A stretch of 32,479 bases of DNA from Actinomycetota bacterium (GTDB lineage Bacteria > Actinomycetota > UBA4738). Shown here piece after piece: positions 24,619 to 32,310 of the stretch. Numbering within the stretch: position 1 is the first letter of the stretch; each line of letters opens with the position of its first letter. The translations under genes were made by a program, and so were the position numbers. The stretch lies in contig DASPTB010000132.1 of assembly GCA_035623615.1 (NCBI GenBank), forward strand, positions 1 to 32,479, given 5' to 3'. Below the pieces are notes generated by a model that saw nothing but the letters and a program-made list of their open reading frames with translations, did no database searches and had not been told where the DNA came from.

Positions 24619-25622
24619 GCGTACCGGATCCTCGGGTCGAGGTACAGGTAGATGAGGTCGACGACCAGGTTGGTGAGCGTGTAGAGGATCGCGACCAGGA
24701 GCGTGACACCCATGATGGCGTTGTAGTCCGACGCGGCGAACGCGTTGAACGCGTACTGCCCGATGCCGGGGAACGCGAAGATGTACTCGACGACGAAGAC
24801 GCCGCCCGCGAGGACGCCGAACTCAAGGCCGAGGATGGTGACGGCGGGGAGCATGGCGTTGCGCAGGATGTGACGGAGCATCACGCGCCTGCGCGGCAGC
24901 CCCTTCGCCTCGGCCGTGCGCACGTAGTCCTCGCCGGTGACCTCGAGGAGGCTCGCGCGCACGATGCGCGTCATGAGCCCGTAGACGCCGGCCGCAAGCG
25001 CGATGGCGGGCAGCAACAGGTGCTCGAAGGCGCTCACCGAGGTGCCGATGTGCCCGCTGAGCAGACCGTCCACCGTGTACATACCGGTGATGTGCGGCGG
25101 CGGCGCCGCGCCGGCGGCGAGCCGTCCGGTGATCGGCAGCCACCCCAGCTTGACGCCCACGACGTATTGCAACAGCAGGGCCAGCCAGAACGCGGGGATC
25201 GACACGCCCGCGACCGCCGTGAGCTCGACCGTCTGGTCGACGCCCGAGGCGCGGCGCCTCGCGGCCAGCATCGCCGCGAGGATGGCGGGCACGACGCCGA
25301 GGATCAGCGCCAGGACCGTCAGCTCGATCGTCGCGGGGAAATACGTGCGCAGGTCCTGCGTCACAGGGCGTCGGGTCATGAACGAGATCCCGAGGTTCCC
25401 GTGCAACAGGTCGCTCATGTACCGCACGTACTGCTGCGCCAGCGGCTCGTTCAACCCGTAGATCGCGCGGATGTGCGCGAGAGCGGCGGCGCTCGCGCGC
25501 GGGCCGGCGATCAGCCGAGCCGGGTCCCCCGGCACAACCCTGGACAGGAAGAACGTGATGAGGGTGACGCCCCACACGACGAACAAGACGAACACCAAGC
25601 GGCGGAGGACTAGCCTTCCCAT
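24615..25622 (-). CDS. ABC transporter permease (DppB/OppB-like)
   Basis: 335 aa. LRRL..ITFFLSRVVPGDPA at the N-terminus and a conserved C-terminal DPRIR. Confidence 0.85.
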   Translation of the reverse strand: MGRLVLRRLVFVLFVVWGVTLITFFLSRVVPGDPARLIAGPRASAAALAHIRAIYGLNEPLAQQYVRYMSDLLHGNLGISFMTRRPVTQDLRTYFPATIELTVLALILGVVPAILAAMLAARRRASGVDQTVELTAVAGVSIPAFWLALLLQYVVGVKLGWLPITGRLAAGAAPPPHITGMYTVDGLLSGHIGTSVSAFEHLLLPAIALAAGVYGLMTRIVRASLLEVTGEDYVRTAEAKGLPRRRVMLRHILRNAMLPAVTILGLEFGVLAGGVFVVEYIFAFPGIGQYAFNAFAASDYNAIMGVTLLVAILYTLTNLVVDLIYLYLDPRIRYA

Positions 25623-25644
25623 CGCGTCCCCGTGGCCGCCATCT

Positions 25645-25679
25645 CGCGCGCCCGGCGCCGTCCCGTCACCGGGCGCGCG
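25645..25679 (-). promoter_or_regulatory. Intercistronic GC-rich stem-loop directly after the binding-protein stop codon
   Basis: Perfect 11-bp inverted repeat CGCGCGCCCGG (25645-25655) / CCGGGCGCGCG (25669-25679) with a 13-nt loop. Abuts the stop codon at 25680-25682. Confidence 0.55.
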
Positions 25680-27362
25680 TCACTGCACCCGATACAGCGG
25701 GTAGTAGTTGTAGACCCAGCCGGTGAGCGGGTTCGCGATGTAGCCCTTGACATCGGTGCGCAGCACCGTGTTGTCGAGGACCTGGTCGACGGGGACCCAC
25801 GGCGGGTCGGTCTGGTTGATGATGGTCTGGAGCTGGGTCATCATCGACTGCAGCTTCGTCGGGTCGAACTCCGTGTAGCCCTTGTTGATGATGTCGGTCA
25901 CCGTGGAGTTGATGTAGTACCCGCTGTTGAACGCGGCGTCTTTCGGCAGCGCGGCCGAGTTGAGGATCGGCCAGCAGTAGTCGGCCGCGAGGTCGTAGTC
26001 CGGATACCACGACCAGAAGTACATGTCGGCCCGCTGGTTCACGGGTCGCGGCGTCGTCAGGTCGGCGAGGAACGCAGAGTATGCCTTCTCCAGGAGCTTC
26101 AGCTTCATGCCTGCCTGCTCGAACTGCGCCTGCAGCACCGCGCCGGCCTGGTCGCCGTACCCGGTGTAGAACTCGTAGGTGAACTCGGTTCCCGGCGCAA
26201 CTCCGGCTTGCGCGAACAGCTGCTTGGCCTTGTCCACGTCGGTCGGGAACACGTACGAGTCGGGGTCGTGGTTCGCGAGAAGGTCGGGGAAGCACCCGTG
26301 CGCCGGCGCGACGGTGTTCAGCATGACGGACTTCACGTACGCGTCGTGGGGGAACAGGTAGTTCACCGCCTGCCGGGCCTCGGGCTTCTGCAGCGGCCCG
26401 TACTCCCCGAGGATGATGTACTCGAGGTACATGGCCTTCGCAGTGGACGTGAAGAAGCGAGGGTCGGCCTTGAGCGCCTGGACATCGTGCGCGCTGCTCG
26501 AGGGCGTGATCATGTCGACGGCGCCGGACTCGAGCGCCTCGCGCCGCGCCGAACCGTCCGGGATCTGCTGGATGATGACCTTCTTGAACTGCCCCTTCTT
26601 CCACCCGCCCCAGTAATGCGGGTTCTGGACCAGGACGGCCTGGCTTCCCGGATCGAAGCTCTCGAGCATGTAGGCGCCGGTTCCGGCGGCGTGCGACTGC
26701 AGCCACTGATGGCCCTGGTCCTTCGGACCCGTCGAGTGCTGCTTCGGCACCTCCGGCGAGATGACGCCGGTGCCCCAGATCGCGGCGGCCGCGTTCTGGA
26801 ACGGCGGGCTCGGTGCGCCGAGGTCGAACTTCAGCGTCCCCGGATCGACCACGACGATCTGCTTCTGCGGGTCGGTGACCCACGTTCCCAGGACGCTCCC
26901 GGCCCCGACGCCGAGCGTGATCGTGCGGATGTACGCGGACTTGATCGCGTCGGCCGTGACCGGCGTCCCGTCCCAGAACGTCACGCCCTTGCGAAGGTTG
27001 AACGTCCACACGCTCTTGTCGGAGTTCGACGACCACGACTCGGCCAGGGCGGGCTGGAACTGGTCGACCGTGCCGAGCTTCGTGCGGATCAGCCCTTCGT
27101 ACATCGAGAAGTCGATGATGGCCGGGCCGTTGACGAAGTAGCTGGCCGGGTCGAAGTCGGGCGACCAGGAAACGGTCGCGACGATCAAGGTCTCGGGGTC
27201 GCGGCTCAGCTTGGGCGGTGACGCGGTGCCCGTCTGCCCGGAGGTCGACGAGCTCCCGCCGCATGCCGCCAGCAGGTTGCCGCCGACGCCGAGCGCCGCC
27301 CCCGTGATCGCCGACCGCCGGAGAAACTCACGGCGAGTGAACGGCGTCGGCTCCTTCCCCAC
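25680..27362 (-). CDS. ABC transporter substrate-binding lipoprotein, family 5 (peptide/nickel/opine type), Tat signal
   Basis: GTG at 27362, 9 nt after GGGGGAGG (an alternative GTG lies at 27401). Twin-arginine motif TRREFLRR followed by lipobox LLAAC. Length and composition fit family-5 SBPs. Confidence 0.8.
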   Translation of the reverse strand: MGKEPTPFTRREFLRRSAITGAALGVGGNLLAACGGSSSTSGQTGTASPPKLSRDPETLIVATVSWSPDFDPASYFVNGPAIIDFSMYEGLIRTKLGTVDQFQPALAESWSSNSDKSVWTFNLRKGVTFWDGTPVTADAIKSAYIRTITLGVGAGSVLGTWVTDPQKQIVVVDPGTLKFDLGAPSPPFQNAAAAIWGTGVISPEVPKQHSTGPKDQGHQWLQSHAAGTGAYMLESFDPGSQAVLVQNPHYWGGWKKGQFKKVIIQQIPDGSARREALESGAVDMITPSSSAHDVQALKADPRFFTSTAKAMYLEYIILGEYGPLQKPEARQAVNYLFPHDAYVKSVMLNTVAPAHGCFPDLLANHDPDSYVFPTDVDKAKQLFAQAGVAPGTEFTYEFYTGYGDQAGAVLQAQFEQAGMKLKLLEKAYSAFLADLTTPRPVNQRADMYFWSWYPDYDLAADYCWPILNSAALPKDAAFNSGYYINSTVTDIINKGYTEFDPTKLQSMMTQLQTIINQTDPPWVPVDQVLDNTVLRTDVKGYIANPLTGWVYNYYPLYRVQ

Positions 27363-27456
27363 GGTGAACCACCTCCCCCTCTCGTCCTCGATGAGCGACA
27401 CTGGAACCTGACCTGATGGTTGTCAAGCCGGTTCGCCATCTCCCAACCAATGACTC

Positions 27457-27486
27457 TTGTTCACCCCGTTTTCCCCCTGATACGGT
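27457..27486 (+). promoter_or_regulatory. Candidate promoter for the amine-oxidase operon
   Basis: TTGTTC (27457-27462), an 18-nt spacer and TG-n-TACGGT (-10 at 27481-27486). GAGAGGAG lies 6 nt before the GTG at 27511. The region has lower GC than its surroundings. Confidence 0.3.
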
Positions 27487-27510
27487 GCTGCCTCGCGAGA
27501 GGAGCCCGCA

Positions 27511-29229
27511 GTGGTCAATCGACGCATCCGACGCAATCTCCGAACCCCCGGCGCACGAGCGACGCGGCGTCTGGTCGCCGCCATCGACGAGTCCGCCCGC
27601 AGCGGCGTGCCGGTCGAGGAGGTGCTCGGGACGTGGCGGCAGAGGGACGAGGCCGAGACGCGCCGCCGCGAGCTCCTGCGCGAGGAACGCGCCGAGCGCG
27701 CGACCGGCAGCCTGTCGCGGCGCCAGTTCCTGTCCGGGGCCGCGGCCGCCGGCGCCGTCGTCGCGCTCGGCCCCCTGGCCCGGGCGCCGGCGGCGGGGGC
27801 CGCGACGGGTTCCCGGACGGCCCCGCGCATCGTCATCGTCGGCGCCGGGCTCGCCGGAGTCCGCTGCGCCCACGACCTGTGGACCAAGTCGGGCGCGCGG
27901 GGTGCAGTGGCGTCGACGGTGTACGAGGCCGACACGACGCACGTCGGCGGCAGGTGCTGGAGCCTGCGCGGATACTTCACCGACGGGTTGATCGGCGAGC
28001 ACGGAGGAGCGTTCATCAACAGCGACCAGCGGGCGACGCGCAAGCTCGCCGACGAGCTGGGCCTCGAGCAGGAGCGTGTGTACGGCGGCGGGCTCCCCGG
28101 CCTCAAGGACATCTACTGGTTCGACGGCCGCCCCTACACGTACCACGACGCGAGCGAAGACTGGAAGTCGTTCGGCTATCAGGCCTTCCAGGACGCCTTT
28201 CGTCACGCGCCGTATCCGCAGCTGTACGACCAGCAGACGCCGGGCGGCGTTCGGATCGACCTCCAGTCCGTCCCTGAGTGGCTCGACCGCATCGGGATCG
28301 GCGCCGATTCGCGCTTCGGGCGCCTGATGCAGGCGAATTCAGTTTCCGAGTACGGCGGGAGCCCCGGCGAGCAGTCGGCGCTCAACCTCCTCTATCTCCT
28401 CGCGTGGAACCGACGCGACCAGCTCGACCCGCTTCCCGGATACGACGAGATGTTCCACGTCGTCGGCGGCAACGACCAGCTCGTGTCCCGCATGGTCGGA
28501 CAGCTTCCCGACGGGACGGTTCGCCAGGGCTACGAGCTCGTCGCCCTGCGCCGGAAAGGGACCGCCTACCGGCTGACGTTCCACAGGGACGGAGGCGGAT
28601 CGGTGGACGTCGACGCCGACCACGTCGTCCTCGCCCTCCCGTTCACCAAGCTGCGGGAGGTGGACCTGTCCGGTGCGGGCTTCTCGCCTCTCAAGATGAA
28701 CGCCATCCGCCACCTGCCGCTGGGGCAGAACGCCAAGATCCACGTCCAGGTCGAGCACAAGACGTGGCCGCAGCTCGGATACGACGGCTCGGCATACACC
28801 GACTGGAAGCGCTTCTGCGTGTGCTGGGACGACTCGGTCCCGCTCGGCCCGGACGGCGCGCCGGCCATCCTGCTGGGGTTCCCCGGCGGATCGACGGGCG
28901 AGGCGGTGCTCACCGGCCAGGCGCACGGACCCGCGCCGGCCGGGGACGTCTCGTGGTTCCTCGATCAGATCGAGCCGATCTTCCCGGGAACGACCGCCGC
29001 GTACTCGGGCATCGCGTGGGAGGACCACTGGGCGGTCGACCCCTGGCACCTCGGCGCGTATTCCTACTGGAAGGTCGGACAGACGACTTCGTTCGCGGGC
29101 TACGAGGGCGTGCAGGAGGGAAACGTCCACTTCGCCGGCGAGCACACCGAGTGGGACGACCAGGGCTTCCTCGACGGCGCGGTCGTCTCGGGCGAGCGCG
29201 TCGCCAAGGAGATCCGCAGCCAGACCTGA
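27511..29229 (+). CDS. FAD-dependent amine oxidase (flavin amine-oxidase fold) with internal twin-arginine signal
   Basis: 572 aa. SRRQFLSGAAAAG..AAGA Tat-type signal at residues 69-97. Dinucleotide motif IVIVGAGLAG, then EADTTHVGGRCWS and HFAGEHT near the C-terminus. Confidence 0.8.
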   Translation: MVNRRIRRNLRTPGARATRRLVAAIDESARSGVPVEEVLGTWRQRDEAETRRRELLREERAERATGSLSRRQFLSGAAAAGAVVALGPLARAPAAGAATGSRTAPRIVIVGAGLAGVRCAHDLWTKSGARGAVASTVYEADTTHVGGRCWSLRGYFTDGLIGEHGGAFINSDQRATRKLADELGLEQERVYGGGLPGLKDIYWFDGRPYTYHDASEDWKSFGYQAFQDAFRHAPYPQLYDQQTPGGVRIDLQSVPEWLDRIGIGADSRFGRLMQANSVSEYGGSPGEQSALNLLYLLAWNRRDQLDPLPGYDEMFHVVGGNDQLVSRMVGQLPDGTVRQGYELVALRRKGTAYRLTFHRDGGGSVDVDADHVVLALPFTKLREVDLSGAGFSPLKMNAIRHLPLGQNAKIHVQVEHKTWPQLGYDGSAYTDWKRFCVCWDDSVPLGPDGAPAILLGFPGGSTGEAVLTGQAHGPAPAGDVSWFLDQIEPIFPGTTAAYSGIAWEDHWAVDPWHLGAYSYWKVGQTTSFAGYEGVQEGNVHFAGEHTEWDDQGFLDGAVVSGERVAKEIRSQT

Positions 29230-29243
29230 AGGGAGCGAGAGGC

Positions 29244-30023
29244 ATGTGGCCGGAGGGGTTCACGAGCGCGGCGGCCTTCACCTTCGACTTCGACGCCGAG
29301 GAGGTCTGGCTGAGCGACCCGGCGACCGAGGACAGCCCGGGCGTCCTCTCCCAGGGAACGTACGGTGCGAAGGTCGGCGTTCCGCTCGTCCTCGAGCTGC
29401 TCAAGCGCCACGGCCTGACCGCCACCTTCTTCGTCCCGGGCCGCGTGGCCGAGCGTCACCCGGGCCGCGTGCGCGAGATCGTCGCCGCCGGGCACGAGCT
29501 TGCGCACCACGGGTACACGCACACCTCGCCCACCAAGCTCACGCGCGAGCAGGAAGAGGAGGAGCTGACGAAGGGCCTTGAGATCCTGCGCGGGTTCGGA
29601 GCGGACGTCACCGGGTACCGCTCGCCCGCCTGGGACTTCAGCGCCAACACGCTCGGGCTGCTCGAGCGGCTCGGGTTCGGCTACTCCTCGAACTTCATGG
29701 ACGACCTGTTGCCGTATCGTCACGACGGATCGCCGATCGTCGAGCTCCCCATCCAGTGGACGCTGGACGACGCGGCGCACTTCTGGTTCGACGCCGAGTC
29801 GTGGGTGAAGAAGATCGCGACGGCGAGCGAGGTACGGGAGATCTGGGAAGGCGAGTTCCTAGGCATCCGCCGCCTCGGCGGGTGCTGCATCTTCACCATG
29901 CACCCGCAGGTCATCGGACGGCCCTACCGCCTCGCCTTCCTGGACGAGTTCATGGGCTTCGTGAAGGGCCACGCCGACACCTGGATCGCCACCTGCGCCG
30001 AGATCGCCGCACGCGTGGAGTGA
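29244..30023 (+). CDS. Polysaccharide-deacetylase-fold (CE4-like) hydrolase
   Basis: ATG start 7 nt after GAAGGGAG. FTFDFDAEE, GHELAHHGYTH and YRSPAWD, the CE4 motif 1-3 equivalents. Confidence 0.75.
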   Translation: MWPEGFTSAAAFTFDFDAEEVWLSDPATEDSPGVLSQGTYGAKVGVPLVLELLKRHGLTATFFVPGRVAERHPGRVREIVAAGHELAHHGYTHTSPTKLTREQEEEELTKGLEILRGFGADVTGYRSPAWDFSANTLGLLERLGFGYSSNFMDDLLPYRHDGSPIVELPIQWTLDDAAHFWFDAESWVKKIATASEVREIWEGEFLGIRRLGGCCIFTMHPQVIGRPYRLAFLDEFMGFVKGHADTWIATCAEIAARVE

Positions 30024-30064
30024 AGCGGCGTATGGTACGGGAGTCGACCACAGGGGAGGGGGCG

Positions 30065-31234
30065 GTGAGCGAGTTTCCGCACGTCCGCGTAGAGGGCTCG
30101 GCCCGCGAGCGCGGCCGGCAGTACGGGGAGATCGCGCGGGACCGCGTTCGGGCATCCATCGACGCCTACCGGGACGTGTTCTCCCACTACGCGGGCCTGG
30201 GATGGATGACCGTGCAAGGACAGTCGCGCCGGTACCTGAGCGCGATCGAGGCGTTCGGTCATTCCTATGTCCTGGAGATGCGCGGCATCGCGGAGGGCGC
30301 CGACGTCGACTTCGAGGATGTCCTCGCGATCAACACCAGGACCGAGATCATGTTCGCCGCGAAGGCGCGGGCCGCGCAGGAGGCGGGGCGGATGCCCGCG
30401 GAGTGCACGTCGTTCGGCGTGCTCCCCGAGGCGAGCGCATCCGGGCACACGCTCGTGGGCCAGAACTGGGACTGGCTGCCGCACTCCTTCGACACGTGCA
30501 TCGTCCTCGAGGTGCGGCAGGACGAGGGACCCGACTTCGTGACCATCGTCGAGGCCGGACTACTCGCGAAGACCGGCATGAACTCGTCGGGAGTCGGCGT
30601 CTGCGCGAACGCCCTCGTCTCCGACGCCGATCTCGGGACGCCGGGGATCCCGTTCCATCTCGTGCTGCGCGGGCTCCTCGACGCGGAGAACCTCTCCGAC
30701 GCACTCACGGTGACGCAGCAAGGGTTCCGGTCGTCGTCGGGCAACTACGTGCTCGCCCACCAGGACGGGATCGCCGTATCGGTCGAGGCCGCGCCGGGCG
30801 ACTTCTCGCGCCTGTTCCTCCTGTTTCCTGAGAAGGGAATCCTGTTGCACACCAACCATTTTCTGGCCGGGGGCTACGACGGGAAGGACGTCGGGCTCTG
30901 GGTCATGCCGGACAGCCCCTTCCGTCTCGAGCGCATCCGGTCGGCGGTCGCGGACGTGGGAGGCCGAGTGTCGCTGGACACGTTCCGCGAGGCGCTCGCC
31001 GACCACGCAAACTACCCGTCCGGCGTCTGCTGTCACCCCGACGAGCGCTTCGACGTCTACGAGCAAGGCGCCACGGTGGCGTCGATCCTCATGGATCTCG
31101 ACGAACGACGCATGTGGCTCTCCGACGGGCAGCCCTGCACGTTCCCCTATCGGGAGCTGGACTATTCGGCGTTCCTCTCGAAGCCCTCACCCATCCGGCC
31201 CGCCGCCCAGCGGCCGAGCACGGTCCGCGTATGA
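30065..31234 (+). CDS. C45-family Ntn-hydrolase (acyl-CoA:6-aminopenicillanate acyltransferase-like)
   Basis: GTG start 5 nt after GGAGG (an alternative ATG lies at 30032). FPHVRVEGSARERGRQYG, candidate nucleophile ECTSFG and GQNWDW. Confidence 0.75.
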   Translation: MSEFPHVRVEGSARERGRQYGEIARDRVRASIDAYRDVFSHYAGLGWMTVQGQSRRYLSAIEAFGHSYVLEMRGIAEGADVDFEDVLAINTRTEIMFAAKARAAQEAGRMPAECTSFGVLPEASASGHTLVGQNWDWLPHSFDTCIVLEVRQDEGPDFVTIVEAGLLAKTGMNSSGVGVCANALVSDADLGTPGIPFHLVLRGLLDAENLSDALTVTQQGFRSSSGNYVLAHQDGIAVSVEAAPGDFSRLFLLFPEKGILLHTNHFLAGGYDGKDVGLWVMPDSPFRLERIRSAVADVGGRVSLDTFREALADHANYPSGVCCHPDERFDVYEQGATVASILMDLDERRMWLSDGQPCTFPYRELDYSAFLSKPSPIRPAAQRPSTVRV

Positions 31235-32277
31235 CGATCGAGGTCGGGTTCGGCCTCATCACCTGCCAGCGGTACCCGGGGGATTCCCGCACCGACGCGG
31301 AACTGTACGCCGAGGCGCTGGACCTGGCGGCTCTCGCGGAGGACCTCGGGTTCGATTCGGTGTGGGTCTCAGAGCATCACTTCGTCGACGACGCGTACAT
31401 GCCGTCGCTCCTTCCCGTGTGCGCGGCCATCGCGGCCAGAACCTCGGCGATTCGCATCGGAACGGCACTGCTGCTGGCGCCGCTGTACGAGCCGCTCCGA
31501 CTCGCCGAGGACGCCGCGACCGTCGACCTGCTCTCCGGGGGCCGGCTCACGCTCGGCCTCGGACTCGGCTGGCGCGAGGAGGAGTTCGAGGTGCTCGGCG
31601 TTCCACGGTCGGAGAGGGGCATCCGCCTCCAGGACACGGTCGCGATCCTTCGCGAGGCATGGTCGGGCGCTCTCGTGACCGGCGGGGACACGCTCTCGTA
31701 TCCGGGCGTCCGGGTGCGGCCCGATCCCCTGTCGCCGGGCGGACCTCCCATCTGGATCGGCGCGCTTCGCGAGCCCGCGGTGCGCCGCGCCGGTGCCGTC
31801 GGGGACGGCTTCATGTCCTCCTCGCCGACGCCCGAATCGTTCGGGCGGGAGGTGGCGTGGGCGCGGGAAGGACTCGAGAAGGCGGGCCGGGCGGAGGCCG
31901 GCTTCATGTTCAGCCTGCATGTGCCCACGGTCGCCTGGGAAGGCCGGGCCGAGGACGCCTGGCCGACGTTCGAGCCGCACCTGCGCTACGTGGACTGGAA
32001 GTACGACGACATGGACGACGCGCGGGCACGGACCGGCCCCCCACGCGAGCCGCCGCCCCCGACGCCCGAGGAGTCGAGCCGTCTGCGCGCCGAGACCGTC
32101 GCCGGCACGCCGGACGAGGTCGCCGACAGGATTCACGCGTTCGCGAAGATCGCCGGAGGGGATCTCCACTATATCGCCCGGATGTACTGGCCTGGAATGA
32201 GTCCCGAGCGCCAGCGCGAGACAATGCGCCTTTTCGCCGAGACTGTCGTTCCGGTGCTTCAGGGCTCCGGTATGTGA
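31231..32277 (+). CDS. Luciferase-like (LLM class) flavin/F420-dependent oxidoreductase
   Basis: ATGA overlap with the upstream stop. GFDSVWVSEHHF, IRIGTALLLAP and LSGGRLTLGLGLG. Confidence 0.8.
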   Translation: MTIEVGFGLITCQRYPGDSRTDAELYAEALDLAALAEDLGFDSVWVSEHHFVDDAYMPSLLPVCAAIAARTSAIRIGTALLLAPLYEPLRLAEDAATVDLLSGGRLTLGLGLGWREEEFEVLGVPRSERGIRLQDTVAILREAWSGALVTGGDTLSYPGVRVRPDPLSPGGPPIWIGALREPAVRRAGAVGDGFMSSSPTPESFGREVAWAREGLEKAGRAEAGFMFSLHVPTVAWEGRAEDAWPTFEPHLRYVDWKYDDMDDARARTGPPREPPPPTPEESSRLRAETVAGTPDEVADRIHAFAKIAGGDLHYIARMYWPGMSPERQRETMRLFAETVVPVLQGSGM

Positions 32278-32283
32278 AAAAGG

Positions 32284-32310
32284 CCCATTTCCTTTCTCGA
32301 AAGGAATGGG
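32284..32310. terminator. Low-GC intrinsic terminator hairpin (canonical on minus strand, possibly bidirectional)
   Basis: About 11-bp stem CCCAT(T)TCCTT / AAGGAATGGG with one bulge and loop CTCG. On the minus strand it is followed by CCTTTTT (32283-32277). On the plus strand it is preceded by AAAAA and followed by TTGCGTTTGC. Confidence 0.65.

Noticed and set aside
23714-24826. Upstream extension of the ABC ATPase ORF (22619..24826)
   Set aside because: It overlaps the permease gene in another frame and is Arg-rich. ATPase homology and a GTGA-coupled start begin at 23713.
27421-27426. Perfect TTGACA on the minus strand as a -35 box for the ABC operon
   Set aside because: No TANNNT -10 lies at 16-19 nt spacing (CAGTGT at best), so I do not call a promoter.
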